Origin: Candidatus Tectimicrobiota bacterium
GTDB taxonomy: Bacteria > JACPUC01
DNA: 64,000 bases
NCBI GenBank assembly: GCA_016192455.1
Contig: JACPUC010000018.1
Span: forward strand, 1 to 64,000
Direction: 5' to 3'
Below are positions 1 to 11,948 of the stretch, piece by piece. Both the position numbers and the translations under genes were made by a program. Position 1 is the first letter of the stretch. Every line of letters starts with the position of its first letter. The notes beneath the pieces are model-generated. The model ran no database searches. It was not told where the DNA came from and saw nothing but the letters and a program-made list of their open reading frames with translations.

Positions 1-254
1 CCGTTATCCTGGAAGACCACCGTGGGGTTGGACCTGGTGGAGTTGAAGGCGAAGTGGAAATCGACCCGCGAAGGGAAGGAACCGGAGAAGTCGCTCGCGA
101 CGACCGTGCCGGTCTCCAAGTCGAACCCCGCGCTCTCGAAAGTGAGTGTGGCGGAGGTGCTCGTCTGGGCGGGAGCCGATGCAGCGAGCAGCCCCGTAAA
201 CAGAATGCCGAGGATTGTGGGGATGACGAGGAAGCGTGCCTGTAAACGTTTCAT
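1..254 (-). CDS. Secreted hypothetical protein, N-terminal part (runs off the window)
   Basis: Not in the ORF track. ATG at 254 after GAAGGGGG; reads MKRLQARFLVIPTILGILFTGLLAASAPAQTSTSATLTFESAGFDLETG..., a Sec-type signal peptide, open to position 1. Confidence 0.75.
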   Translation of the reverse strand, partial: MKRLQARFLVIPTILGILFTGLLAASAPAQTSTSATLTFESAGFDLETGTVVASDFSGSFPSRVDFHFAFNSTRSNPTVVFQDN

Positions 255-959
255 GAGAAAACCCCCTTCATGGCTGCGCAACGGCGGAGCGGAAGACCTG
301 CGAACCTCCTCTCGCGGTCGCGTAGGCGATTCCTGACCCCTTCTCCCCGCTCGGGGCGCGCCGGCGTTCTGGGCGGGCGGTGAGCTGAGGCGCCGGTCGT
401 CCAGCTTGTCGAGGTGTTCCTGTCAAGCAGGGCCCCTCACTGCCCCTGAAGCTGCATCCCTCCTCTTGAGCGGGGCACGGCGAGACGGCCTTTGCCGGCG
501 AAGCTCGGCGTGGGAACGACGCAAAAGCCCTCGACTGCTCTCCACAGTCGAGCTGGCGGCCACTCTCGGCTTTTTTACAGACCACTCCTCTGCTAAAAGA
601 CGAACTGGAGGGCGAAACCTTCTCCTAAAATAACACAGAATTTCAACAATTACGTCATGTCAACCCCCCAAGTTCGTCGTCTGGGTTGCTCGCCGCAGCC
701 CTGTAGGAAAGTCTTTCGCTGGGTGGGGGGAGCCCTCGCTCGGTCCAGCCGGCGGGCCGCAAGCTGCTGGCGGACTGTTTTGCGGCGCGTCCTCCTGCCC
801 TTGCCGCAACAGCGCGGCGTGGGCGAGGTGGAGTTTTTGCAGCGATTTGACTACCATAGGGCGCTTGATGCGCCGCCAAAACGCTAGCAGGACGAAGAAG
901 CGGCTGGGGCCTCGTGGCGCTCCGGCGCGGGTTCGTCTGGGCTGCCGACGGCCCGACGA

Positions 960-988
960 TTGACACAGCGCCGCAGGCTTCCTACGAT
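960..988 (+). promoter_or_regulatory. sigma70-type promoter for acs
   Basis: TTGACA-N17-TACGAT, about 75 nt upstream of the acs start. Confidence 0.6.
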
Positions 989-1062
989 CACTCCACCATG
1001 CTGTACAGGGCACCCACGCACGACGGTCAAGGTGCGCAAGAAGGAAAGAAGGAGAAGGATGT

Positions 1063-3018
1063 ATGACCGACCAGCGCATGGATATCGACACGATCCTCAA
1101 GGAGGATCGGCTGTTTCCGCCTCCCGCTTCCTTCAGCGCGTCAGCCCACGTCAAGAGTATGGCGGAGTACGAGGCGCATTACAACAAGGCCAAGGATGAC
1201 CCGGAAGGATTTTGGGGAGAGATCGGCAGGGAGCTTTACTGGGACGCGCCGTGGCAGCGTGTCCTGGAGTGGGAGTCGCCCTTTGCCAAGTGGTTCGTCG
1301 GCGGCAAGACGAACCTGTCGTACAACTGCCTTGACCGGCACCTGAACACCTGGCGGCGCAACAAGGCGGCCCTCATCTGGGAGGGGGAACCGGGCGAGAC
1401 CCGCATCTTCACCTACCAGCAGCTCCACTACGAGGTCTGCCGCTTCGCCAACGCCCTGAAGCGCCTCGGCGTGAAGACGGGGGATCGCGTCGCCATCTAC
1501 ATGCCGATGATCCCCGAGCTGCCGATCGCCATGCTGGCCTGCGCCCGCATCGGCGCCCCCCACAGCATTGTCTTTGGAGGCTTCAGCTCCGAGGCCCTGG
1601 CCGATCGCGTCAATGATACCGAGGCGAAGATCATCATCACCTCCGACGGCGGCTATCGGCGAGGCCACATCGTGCCCCTGAAGGAGAACGTGGACGGCGC
1701 CCTGGAGAAGACCCCGACCATCGAACACTGCATCGTCTACCGGCGCTGCGGCAACCACATTGCCATGCGCGCCGGGCGGGACCTCTGGTGGCACGAGTTG
1801 GTCGAGGCTGAGTCCGGCTCCTGCCCTCATGTACCGCTCGATAGCGAGCACCCGCTCTACATCCTCTATACCAGCGGTTCCACCGGGCGCCCCAAGGGGG
1901 TGCTGCATACCACCGGCGGCTACTTGGTCGGCACCTACCTTACCAGCAAGTGGGTCTTCGACCTGAAGGACGAGGATACCTTCTGGTGCACGGCTGACAT
2001 CGGCTGGGTTACCGGGCACAGCTACATCGTTTACGGCATCCTCGCCAATGGCGCCACCTCATTGATGTATGAGGGGGCTCCGAATACACCCGATCCGGGA
2101 CGCTTCTGGAAGATCATCGAGAAGTACCGGGTGAACATCCTCTACACCGCCCCCACGGCAATCCGCACCTTCATCAAGTGGGGTGACGAATGGCCGAACA
2201 AGTATGACCTCAGTTCCCTGCGGCTCCTTGGCACCGTCGGCGAGCCGATCAATCCAGAGGCCTGGATCTGGTACCACAAGACCATCGGCAAGGAGCGCTG
2301 TCCCATCGTCGATACCTGGTGGCAAACGGAGACCGGCTGCATCATGATCACCCCCCTACCCGGCGCCACGCCCTTGAAGCCCGGCTCGGCCACGCGCCCC
2401 TTCCCCGGCGTGGTTGCCGACGTGGTGCGCCAGGACGGCACCTCGGTGGGCCACCAGAGTGGCGGCTTGCTGGTGATCACGCGCCCCTGGCCGGCCATGC
2501 TGCGCACCATCTACAAGGACCCGGAGCGCTACAAGACGGAGTACTGGATGCACATCCCGGGAGTCTACTTCACCGGCGATGGGGCGCGCTGCGATAAGGA
2601 CGGCTACTTTTGGATCATGGGGCGCGTCGACGACGTCATCAACATCGCCGGCCATCGTCTCGGCACCATGGAGGTGGAGAGCGCCCTGGTGAGCCACGAG
2701 AAGGTGGCCGAGGCGGCCGTGGTTGGCAAGCCGGATGAGATCAAGGGGCAGGCCCTGGAGGCGTTCGTCACCCTCGAGGGAGGGGTGGCGCCGACGGAGG
2801 CCCTCAAGGAGGCCCTCAAGGAGCATGTCGTGAAGGAGATCGGAGCCATCGCCCGGCCCGACCGCATCCGCTTCACCGAAAACCTGCCCAAGACCCGCAG
2901 CGGCAAGATCATGCGACGCCTCCTGAAGGATATCGCCGCCGGTTCCCAGACGGTGCAGGACACCTCGACGCTGGAGGACTTCTCAGTTCTGGCCCGCCTG
3001 CGGGAGGAGGAGGAGTAG
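1063..3018 (+). CDS. acs: Acetyl-CoA synthetase (AMP-forming)
   Basis: [26 protein letters not shown] and LPKTRSGK motifs; 651 aa; AAGGAG RBS. Confidence 0.97.
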   Translation: MTDQRMDIDTILKEDRLFPPPASFSASAHVKSMAEYEAHYNKAKDDPEGFWGEIGRELYWDAPWQRVLEWESPFAKWFVGGKTNLSYNCLDRHLNTWRRNKAALIWEGEPGETRIFTYQQLHYEVCRFANALKRLGVKTGDRVAIYMPMIPELPIAMLACARIGAPHSIVFGGFSSEALADRVNDTEAKIIITSDGGYRRGHIVPLKENVDGALEKTPTIEHCIVYRRCGNHIAMRAGRDLWWHELVEAESGSCPHVPLDSEHPLYILYTSGSTGRPKGVLHTTGGYLVGTYLTSKWVFDLKDEDTFWCTADIGWVTGHSYIVYGILANGATSLMYEGAPNTPDPGRFWKIIEKYRVNILYTAPTAIRTFIKWGDEWPNKYDLSSLRLLGTVGEPINPEAWIWYHKTIGKERCPIVDTWWQTETGCIMITPLPGATPLKPGSATRPFPGVVADVVRQDGTSVGHQSGGLLVITRPWPAMLRTIYKDPERYKTEYWMHIPGVYFTGDGARCDKDGYFWIMGRVDDVINIAGHRLGTMEVESALVSHEKVAEAAVVGKPDEIKGQALEAFVTLEGGVAPTEALKEALKEHVVKEIGAIARPDRIRFTENLPKTRSGKIMRRLLKDIAAGSQTVQDTSTLEDFSVLARLREEEE

Positions 3019-3280
3019 GCTGTTGGACTGGCGAGGGTTGATGCGCTCCCGGAGGAACCAACGAAAGCTGTGGCGACGCTGGGGGCGCGGGGCAGCGGCC
3101 GCGCGGCATGCGGCCAGGGGCACGCTGCATTCCTGGACTGTTCGAAGGCGGGGGTAAGGGCGGGCGCCGGCGAGAGGGTGGCGCGTGGGCACCTCGCGAC
3201 GGAACGGCTGGGGGCGCTGGGCTGGAGCAAAGCCAGGGTGCGCCTGCATACTGGCTGGTGGAGGCAGGGCGACCACCACC

Positions 3281-4528
<1,248 letters not shown>

Positions 4529-5011
4529 CTAAAGCATCTGGTCGGGGTATCCAGGCGTCCGCAGGATGACGGTTCCCGTGGCGATGTGCATCTTCAGCGT
4601 GCGACTCCTCGTCCCGCCCACTGCTTCCGCCGCGAGCGTGAGATGATTCTGCGCCAGAAGCTGCAACAGAACGCGGTAATTCTTCGTGCCGATATCGAAG
4701 CTCTCCCCCTGGTGCAGGATTGAAGCCCCTCCGGCGACCTTGAGGACCAGGCGGTGCCGCGCCGCTCCGAGCTGAGAGGCCGTCAGCAGGAGGAGCGGCA
4801 GCCCCGAATCGCAGAAGACCGCGGGCTGACGCTTGGCGCGCTCCTGGTTCACCGCCGAGGTGGGAAGCATGAAGTGCAGCATCCCCCCGACGCGAGCAAG
4901 CGGGTCGTAGATCGTCACCCCCAGGCAGGTCCCCAAGGCATAGGTGACGAGGCACGTCTCCGGGTCCCGGGTGACGAAGTACTCTCCAACTCCGACCGTG
5001 ATCTGTTTCAT
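4529..5011 (-). CDS. cheD: Chemoreceptor glutamine deamidase CheD
   Basis: TYALGTCLGV and GGMLHFMLP motifs, KVAGGA, IGTKN; start trimmed to MKQITVG. Confidence 0.93.
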   Translation of the reverse strand: MKQITVGVGEYFVTRDPETCLVTYALGTCLGVTIYDPLARVGGMLHFMLPTSAVNQERAKRQPAVFCDSGLPLLLLTASQLGAARHRLVLKVAGGASILHQGESFDIGTKNYRVLLQLLAQNHLTLAAEAVGGTRSRTLKMHIATGTVILRTPGYPDQML

Positions 5012-5039
5012 GCAAGACAGTGCCAAGCCGTGCCCTTCT

Positions 5040-5897
5040 TCAGATACGTTGGTAGACCGCCGGCTGCCGGTAGCGCAGACGTGCGTGCAGTCCCGCCAGG
5101 CTCTCCGAATGTCCCACGAAGAGGTACCCTTTGGGGGCGAGCACGCGGCAGAAACGCTCCACCACCTCATGCTGGTCCTGGCGTGCAAAGTAGATCAAGA
5201 CGTTGCGGCAGAAGATGAGGTCGAGGGCGCGGAACGGCACCTCCTGCAGCACGTTGTGGCGCGCAAATGTCACGAGACCAGCAAGCTCAGACTTGACGCG
5301 CAGGTAGCCGGACTGCCGGCCGACGCCGCGCTGGAAGTAACGGCTCAGAATGTCCTCCGAGGCGCCTCCCAGGCGTTCCTTGGGGTAGACGCCGCGTCGT
5401 GCCAGGGTGAGAACTCTGCTGGAGATATCGGTGCCGAGCACCTTGATCCTCAGCGAGGGAACCTGGCGGGCGTACTCGGAAAGGGTGATCGCCAGCGAGT
5501 ACGCCTCCTCGCCTGTTGAGCACCCTGCGCTCCAGGCGCGCACATCGCGCGGCTGGTGCGGCTGCCTCGAGCCCAGCAGCTCCGGCAGCGCCCGTTCGGC
5601 AAGGAAGCTGAAGTGCCCCGGCTCGCGGAAGAAGCTGGTGAGGTTGGTGGAGATCGCGTCGAGAAGGTGCATGAGCTCCACCATGCCGGGGTCCGTCAGC
5701 ACCCAGCGGTAGTACTGCCGGAACGTTCGGCAACCGATGGCACGCAGGCGCGGCAGAAGGCGCGTGCGCAAGAACTCTTTCTTGTTGGGTCCCAGGTTGA
5801 TGCCGCTCTCTTTCCAGATCAACGTGCGGAAGAGATCGAACTCCTTGTCGTTGAGTTCGGCGTCGCACGCCTGGAACGTCTTTCCGCCCGCGCGCAT
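5040..5897 (-). CDS. cheR: Chemotaxis methyltransferase CheR
   Basis: TNLTSFFRE, WSAGCSTGEEAYSLA, IFCRNVLIYF and LFVGHSE motifs; start uncertain (5897, 5900 or 5933). Confidence 0.96.
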   Translation of the reverse strand: MRAGGKTFQACDAELNDKEFDLFRTLIWKESGINLGPNKKEFLRTRLLPRLRAIGCRTFRQYYRWVLTDPGMVELMHLLDAISTNLTSFFREPGHFSFLAERALPELLGSRQPHQPRDVRAWSAGCSTGEEAYSLAITLSEYARQVPSLRIKVLGTDISSRVLTLARRGVYPKERLGGASEDILSRYFQRGVGRQSGYLRVKSELAGLVTFARHNVLQEVPFRALDLIFCRNVLIYFARQDQHEVVERFCRVLAPKGYLFVGHSESLAGLHARLRYRQPAVYQRI

Positions 5898-6174
5898 CAC
5901 GCCTGCCCCCTGACGCCCGCCGTTGAGCGACACCTTGCTGCCATGATCCGAGACTAAGCGGCACCGGGAGGGTCATCCATCCTTAACGCCCGCGGCAGCC
6001 GCCAGGCTTAGTGGCTCGACTGGGCGAACGCTCCGAGCCGACACCGGCGTCGGGGACGCGCGCTCGGCTGGAGCGGCTGAGGTCTGCGGCCGCGAAGGCA
6101 CCCTCCTGCCAATGCGGTCGAAGAACGCCTCGAGGTGCGGCGCGGCGGCGGGGCCTGGCGCCGTCTGCATCTGC

Positions 6175-6669
6175 TCAACTCTGCACGAAGACGAACTCCT
6201 TTCCCCCCAGGACCTCCTCGATCTGGAGCAGCATCATGACCCGTCCCTTCACCTTGGCGATGCCCATGATGGAGGCGGCGTCGCGCTGCGCGCCGAGGGC
6301 GGGCGTCGGCTCAATATCCCGGGCGTGAATGAGGAGCACCTCGGAGACCTGATCGACCACAACGCCGATAAGGGTATGGTGGACCTCCACCACGATGATG
6401 CACGTCTCAAGGCCGGCAAGGGCCGCGGCCATGCCGAAGCGCAGGCGCAAGTCCACCACGGGAATGATCTTACCGCGCAGGTTGGTCACCCCTCTCACGT
6501 AGGGCGGCGTTTGCGGCACCGCGGTGATGGGAAGCTCGCCGATGATTTCGCGCACCTGGAGGATGTTAATGCCGTACTCCTCATCCCCGAGGCCGAAGGT
6601 GAGGTACTTCCCTTCCAAGAGCCGGATTGCTTCTGGGATCGCCTGCGCCTCTGGCAGAGCATCCATCAT
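6175..6669 (-). CDS. cheW: Chemotaxis coupling protein CheW
   Basis: KYLTFGLGDEEYG and GVTNLRGKIIPVVDLR; GGGAG RBS before ATG 6669. Confidence 0.95.
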   Translation of the reverse strand: MMDALPEAQAIPEAIRLLEGKYLTFGLGDEEYGINILQVREIIGELPITAVPQTPPYVRGVTNLRGKIIPVVDLRLRFGMAAALAGLETCIIVVEVHHTLIGVVVDQVSEVLLIHARDIEPTPALGAQRDAASIMGIAKVKGRVMMLLQIEEVLGGKEFVFVQS

Positions 6670-6748
6670 GAGGTCTCCCGATGCGGGGGCGGCATGTGCC
6701 CTTGCCGGAGCCGGGGCGACATGCCGCTCTCCATCACTATCAGCCGGC

Positions 6749-9301
6749 CTAACCGGAGTGCGCGGCAGGCCGCCCGACATGGCGCGGCGCACGGTCGCTC
6801 AACGGCGCCTCCGTTCGGCCGTTGCCCCCGGAGAGGCTGAGCGAGCCGCTGAAGCTGCTGCGCGTTGTGTGGACGTTGGCAAGCTCCATGAGGCCGGCGG
6901 GGTCGAGAATGAGGCCGACGCGCCCATCGCTCATGATCGACGCCCCCGAGATGCCTCGCAGGCCGCGGAAGCAGCGGCCCACATCCTTCACCACTACCTG
7001 GTGCTGGCCGAGCACGTCATCGACGAGCAGGCCGCAGCGGCGTTCGTCGCTCTCGATCAAGATGATCAGCCCTTCCTCATCCTCCCCGGGGAGTCCCTCC
7101 AGGTGGAAGAGGTCCGAGAGGCTGACGAGGGGGATGAGCCAGCCGCGCACGTTCGCCAAGATGGTAGTGCCGGCCACGCTGGAGAGGGGCAGGCTGCATC
7201 TCGTCATGGTCGTCAGGATCGAGACCGTCGGGATCACGTAGCGCTCGTTCCGCACCTTCACGAGCATGCCGTCGACGATCGCCATGCTCAGCGGCAGGCA
7301 CAGGGTGAAGGTGCTGCCGACGCCCTCCCGGCTGCTGATCTCAAGGGTGCCGCCCAAGCGTTCGATGCTCTTCGCCACCACGTCCAAGCCGACGCCGCGG
7401 CCGGAAATCTCGGTTGCCTGGCGATTCGTAGAGAACCCCGGCAGGAGCATGAAGCGGGTGATCTCCTGCTCGCTGTACGACACGGCGGGTTTCGCCAACC
7501 CCAGTTCCAGGGCGCGTTCGAGGAGCCGCGCCTTGTTGATCCCCTTGCCGTCGTCGGTCACCTCGACGAAGATCTTCCCCCCCTTGTTCCGGGCGCTGAG
7601 CTGGATGAGTCCCTCAACTGGCTTGCCAAGCGCCAGTCGCTCCGCCGGGGCTTCGATGCCGTGATCCACGGCGTTGCGCAGGACGTGCATGAGCGGGTCG
7701 GCCAGCTCATCAGTCAACGTCTTGTCGATCTCCGTCTCCTCGCCGCTCAGGCTCAGCCGCACCTGTTTGCCGGTTTTCTGCGCGGTATCGCGGACGATGC
7801 GCGTCATCTTTTGCAGAGTGTGACGCAGGGGGATGAGACGGGCCCGCATCACCTGGTGGTGGATCGTGCGGGTGATCTTGCCGAGGTTGGTCACCTTCTT
7901 GGCGATCTCGAGGTTTGCGTCTCCCGCCAGGTGTGGGTCGCGCGCCACCATCTCATAGCCGATCACCAGCTCGCCTACGCTCTCCATGAGCGAGTCGAGC
8001 TTCTCCGCATCCACTTTGATGGGCGCCGCCACTCGCTGGCGTTGTTGGGCGGCCAGCGATTCAACGACGTCGTGCTGCACCGCCCCCATGTCAACGAGGA
8101 TCTCGCCGATAACGCGCCCTTGTTGCGAGAGCGCTTCGGAGAGCTGCGCCGGGGTGATCTGGCCGGTGCTCAGGAGCATGGTCCCCAGGCGGTCTGCCTG
8201 GACCTGGCTCGGTGGCGCCTCGGGCGGCGCCTCGCCCTGGAGTACCAGCTCCATCTGCTGCACGGTGCGGGAGGCTCGCAGGGGGGGGATCTCCGCCGTG
8301 AACGGGAATCGTCCGTCGGCGGCGCTGGCAAGCTCGGTGAGGGCCTGGAGCCCACGGCTGCAGTAATCCACCGCTTCCAGAAGGGGGGAGACCAGGCGCG
8401 CCGAGATCGCCAGTTTCCCCTTGCGCACCTGGTCGAGGAGCGTTTCGGTCTGGTGGCACAGCCGGTTGATGGCGCGGAATCCGAGGAACCCCGAGGCCCC
8501 CTTGATGCTGTGGAAGGCACGAAAGAGCTCGTTGACAAGCTCCAGGTTGCCCGGCTGACTCTCCAGGGAGAGGATCTTCTGCTCGATGTGGTCGAGGTGC
8601 TCGCGCGACTCGTTCAGGTACTCCTGCAGCAGCGCCATGTCATCCTGGCTCTGCAGAGTGTACGCTTGGGGGGTCTCGAGGACATCCTCCGGAGTCGAGC
8701 GCTCCAGCGGCGTACTCCTCGGGGCGGGTGGCGGGGCTTCTTTGACGGGTTCGTTGTCAGACGAGGCGGGAGCGGCGGTTGGCTCGGACAACGAGGCCGC
8801 CGAGGTGGCGCCCGGCGGGTCGTCAGCCAGGCTGGGGGATGGGCCGTCGGGCCCGCTCGACGCTTCGAGGTCAGGCGAAGCCTCGGTCTCGCCACCGAGA
8901 TCGAACCACGCCACCTCGTCCTCAGGCACGGCGGGATCAGCGCGTTGCGGCTCGGCAGGGGGGACCGCGGCCTCGGCCGGGCTCGCTTCCCCGATGAGGT
9001 CACACAGGGTATCGATAACCTGGCCTAGGCGCGACAGCGCCGCGGCGCCATCCTGCACCTCGTCGAGGATCGCTTCCTGGCAGAGCGTGACGAGCTCGCC
9101 GATGATTGGCTGCGCGGCAGCGTGCGCCGACTCGCTCAACAAGGCTTGCAGGCGCTCCCCCTTCGTCAGGAGTTGCCCGAGGGTCTGCTTATCCTGGAAT
9201 CCGGCATCGAGGAGCACGGCAGCGAGGGAGATCTCCTCGATGATGGTGCTTGCCTCGGTGGCGCTGTGGGAGGGAGGGGTGTCGCCGCACGGCTCTGTCA
9301 T
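6749..9301 (-). CDS. cheA: Chemotaxis histidine kinase CheA with MshEN-like insert
   Basis: HPt FRAFHSIKGASG, dimerisation KVDAEKLDSLM, HATPase HVLRNAVDHGIE / DDGKG / SGRGVGLDVV, C-terminal CheW domain; start trimmed to MTEPCG after GGAG. Confidence 0.95.
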   Translation of the reverse strand: MTEPCGDTPPSHSATEASTIIEEISLAAVLLDAGFQDKQTLGQLLTKGERLQALLSESAHAAAQPIIGELVTLCQEAILDEVQDGAAALSRLGQVIDTLCDLIGEASPAEAAVPPAEPQRADPAVPEDEVAWFDLGGETEASPDLEASSGPDGPSPSLADDPPGATSAASLSEPTAAPASSDNEPVKEAPPPAPRSTPLERSTPEDVLETPQAYTLQSQDDMALLQEYLNESREHLDHIEQKILSLESQPGNLELVNELFRAFHSIKGASGFLGFRAINRLCHQTETLLDQVRKGKLAISARLVSPLLEAVDYCSRGLQALTELASAADGRFPFTAEIPPLRASRTVQQMELVLQGEAPPEAPPSQVQADRLGTMLLSTGQITPAQLSEALSQQGRVIGEILVDMGAVQHDVVESLAAQQRQRVAAPIKVDAEKLDSLMESVGELVIGYEMVARDPHLAGDANLEIAKKVTNLGKITRTIHHQVMRARLIPLRHTLQKMTRIVRDTAQKTGKQVRLSLSGEETEIDKTLTDELADPLMHVLRNAVDHGIEAPAERLALGKPVEGLIQLSARNKGGKIFVEVTDDGKGINKARLLERALELGLAKPAVSYSEQEITRFMLLPGFSTNRQATEISGRGVGLDVVAKSIERLGGTLEISSREGVGSTFTLCLPLSMAIVDGMLVKVRNERYVIPTVSILTTMTRCSLPLSSVAGTTILANVRGWLIPLVSLSDLFHLEGLPGEDEEGLIILIESDERRCGLLVDDVLGQHQVVVKDVGRCFRGLRGISGASIMSDGRVGLILDPAGLMELANVHTTRSSFSGSLSLSGGNGRTEAPLSDRAPRHVGRPAAHSG

Positions 9302-9470
9302 GCCTGGCTCCGGGAACGAGGCACCGCGCGCCTGGCCGGTGGGCGCCGGTTCGAGGCGAGAGGGGCGACGCCTTGTCCACTTGTTTGGTCGCTGGAGGCC
9401 CCAGTACGTGCCTCCGCCGGTGCGGCGGCGGTTTCGCGCTTGGCTCGGTCTTCTGTTCGCCGAGGTGAGC

Positions 9471-9486
9471 AGCAAAAGATGTACCA
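9471..9486 (-). promoter_or_regulatory. sigma54 (-24/-12) promoter for the che cluster
   Basis: Minus strand TGGTAC-ATCTT-TTGCT with GG-N10-GC spacing, 170 nt upstream of cheA. Confidence 0.65.
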
Positions 9487-9806
9487 GGGAGGCCGGCGAC
9501 AGGGGGAGAAGGGGGAGAAGGGCTTGGGAGTGTGCCAAGGAGCGCGGTCCGCGGTTGGCAGCGGCATCCGGCTGTTGGGAAAGCACGCGACCGAGGGCGG
9601 GGTTTTTGACGCCGCCGGTGATGCCCCGGTGGCGCGAGGGGACCGTGGCGCCGCTTTGCCCCAGGCTCGACGTCCTCCCGGCAGGCGATCGGCTGCCCAG
9701 CGCGCGGGGCAGGGTGGGCGGGGGGTATCTATACCCCCCCCAACATCTGCCTAAAAGCTCTGGTTCTCGCGCCTCGAGTTTTGCTGCCGCCTCCCCCGAG
9801 CCGCCG

Positions 9807-11192
9807 CTAGCCCTTCGGCAGGAAGTCACTCAACATGAAGCGATTGCCTCCCTTCGGGCGGGCGCGCATATAGTTCTTCCGTTCGGCTTCGCGGCTCGTG
9901 GGGGGCATGCAGGCGTTGATCATGGCCCGCCCGATCTGCCGCCGGTAGTAGGGTTTGCCGGGGATCGGCTCGGAGGAGGGGTCGAAGAAGAAGCCGGCTT
10001 GGTTGTGCTTCACATTGATATGACGCGATGGGTTCACCCGCGTGCTGAGAGCGAAGACCACGTCCTCGGCAATGTGCGGGTCGATGTCGGTATCGACGGT
10101 GATGATCATCTTGCCGGCGGGGAACTCCAGCGCCGCCTCCATGGCGCGCTCGGCATCGCCGTCCTGGTGCTGCGTCATCTGGATGACCGTGCAGATGCCG
10201 CCCCCCCAGGCGGGCCGGAAGACCTCGTGGATGTCGGTGCCGGTGCTCTTCACCACGTGATCATAGATCATCGCGTCGGTCACCAGCATGAGGGCCTGGT
10301 GATCGGTGTACATGGTGGAGTTGATGTGACGATAGATGGCATCCTCGCGCCTGGTGACGGCGGTGACTTCCAACACCGGCTGGTCACTCACCCAGGGGAT
10401 GTAGTTGTTCGAGAAGTCGCCGAAGGGGCCTTCGGGCAGGCGCACCTCGGGGGGGATAAAGCCTTCGATGACGATCTCCGCCCGCGCCGGCGCCTCGAGG
10501 TCCACCGTCTCGCAGGGGACCATCTCCACCGGCTCGCGCATGAGGGTGCTGGCGAGCTCCATCTCGCCCCACTTGGAGAGGTGGGGCCCGAGGTAGTTCA
10601 CCGCCATCTCCATGGCTGGATGGTGCCCGATGACGAGCACGCAGGGCATGCGTTCGCCACGGTCCCACCACTTCTTCAGGATGATGTTGTTGTGCGGCGA
10701 GTAGATGAACATCGGGTAGGGTTGCTGCGGCCGGATCATGGTGCGGATGAAGGAGCTGTTGGTGATCCCTGTCTCCGGATCGCGGAAGATGGTCATCCCC
10801 GCGCCGATGTATGGCTGGAGATCGATCTCCGAGTGCACGCAAACCGGCAGGAGCTGGCGCAGGTCGAGGTTGTCGCCGATGAACTTCTTCTCTTTCACCG
10901 GCCCAGTCGACACCCTGACGGTTGGCGAGCCTCCCTTCGCGAGGAGCGACGCCAGCTCGGGCACGACGCGGTCGGGCGTGGTGCCCAGCGCCACCGCCTG
11001 GGTGCTGCGGCGCACCAGAAGCATGTCGCACAGCCGCCACCCCGGATACCCCTTCAGGTTCTCCATGAGCAGGGGGCCCGGGCTCTGGGAGATCAAGGTG
11101 CCGCAGTTCGTCAGAGGATCGGTCTCCGCACGAATGGTGATGACCTCATTGGCAATCTCGGCAAGGAACGTGCGCAGGTCTTTCGGCATCAT
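9807..11192 (-). CDS. UbiD-family (prFMN-dependent) decarboxylase, divergent
   Basis: DLRTFL N-terminus, PARAEIVIEG, EGPFGDF, VDTDID...VVFALSTRVNP; GAGGAGGAG RBS. Confidence 0.9.
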   Translation of the reverse strand: MMPKDLRTFLAEIANEVITIRAETDPLTNCGTLISQSPGPLLMENLKGYPGWRLCDMLLVRRSTQAVALGTTPDRVVPELASLLAKGGSPTVRVSTGPVKEKKFIGDNLDLRQLLPVCVHSEIDLQPYIGAGMTIFRDPETGITNSSFIRTMIRPQQPYPMFIYSPHNNIILKKWWDRGERMPCVLVIGHHPAMEMAVNYLGPHLSKWGEMELASTLMREPVEMVPCETVDLEAPARAEIVIEGFIPPEVRLPEGPFGDFSNNYIPWVSDQPVLEVTAVTRREDAIYRHINSTMYTDHQALMLVTDAMIYDHVVKSTGTDIHEVFRPAWGGGICTVIQMTQHQDGDAERAMEAALEFPAGKMIITVDTDIDPHIAEDVVFALSTRVNPSRHINVKHNQAGFFFDPSSEPIPGKPYYRRQIGRAMINACMPPTSREAERKNYMRARPKGGNRFMLSDFLPKG

Positions 11193-11933
11193 CTCCTCCT
11201 CACGAGCTCACCGTCGGAGCTCGCCCGCGGGCGCAGGAATTCATTCTCGCCTCAGGGAGAGCGGCAGTGAGCAACTTCCTGCGGCTTTCCGGGGGCCGGT
11301 CTCAGCGCCACCCACAGTGCGGCAGCGGCACACCCCACGGCGCGGCGCCTGGTAGGATGCCGGCGGCGACGGACTTCGCAAACGCCTCCACGGCCCCCAG
11401 CCGCCACGAGGGGGCGGCCCGGTGCGGCGTAGAGCCTCCTCCTTCATGCGGCGCGCCGGCTAGGCCGCAAGCTCGAAGCCTTGCTTCAACGATGGCCGGC
11501 TTTCTTCACGGATGGTATAGCCGATTCTTCCCCGCTGTGCCAGCCCTGGCCTTGCATGGCCAACCCTGGGTCGCTTGTCCGCGCCTACCTCCCAGCCGAT
11601 TTTGTGCTTCCAAGGCCTGCGCTCCCGGCCTTGATCCCTCGCGATGGCGTTTCTCACGCGGGCAGGGTGGGTTGCCAGGTCGCGGCGGACTGATCATAAG
11701 GACGCCTGGAAAAGGCGAGGTGGATCAACAACATGGTCCCTCACGGAGACAAATTGTCCTGACGACAGGCGGCCTGCTGGCGTGCGGCGCCGTCCCACGG
11801 GGGAGTCAGCGACGGGGAGGTCTCCAGAAACTTTCCGGGCGGGTTTCGTATCGTATTGTAAGAGAAGCTTGTTGCCCGTCAGCGTCGGCAGGCGTCCGGA
11901 GGGCGATGCCGAACGCTGGGTGGCGCAGGCTCG

Positions 11934-11948
11934 TGGCACAACAATTGC
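11934..11948 (+). promoter_or_regulatory. sigma54 promoter for the USP operon
   Basis: TGGCAC-AACAA-TTGC, near-consensus, 50 nt upstream of ATG 11998. Confidence 0.75.

Noticed and set aside
490-575. c-di-GMP-I riboswitch suggested by GACGCAAAAGCC at 518-529
   Set aside because: No preceding GGCAAA segment or GNRA-capped stem and no receptor stem; acs has its own promoter downstream.
5973-6170. 65-aa ORF between cheW and cheR
   Set aside because: Pro/Ala-rich with no clear RBS or domain, and it is not a CheY; cannot be supported.
9302-9829. N-terminal extensions in the ORF track for cheA (likewise cheB, the globin kinase, Lon, ychF and the aminotransferase)
   Set aside because: Arg/Pro-rich read-through of intergenic DNA; internal starts with an RBS fit the protein families better.
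6524-11270. Long plus-strand ORFs (834 and 894 aa) and similar antisense ORFs throughout the window
   Set aside because: Shadow frames of real genes in high-GC DNA, without motifs.
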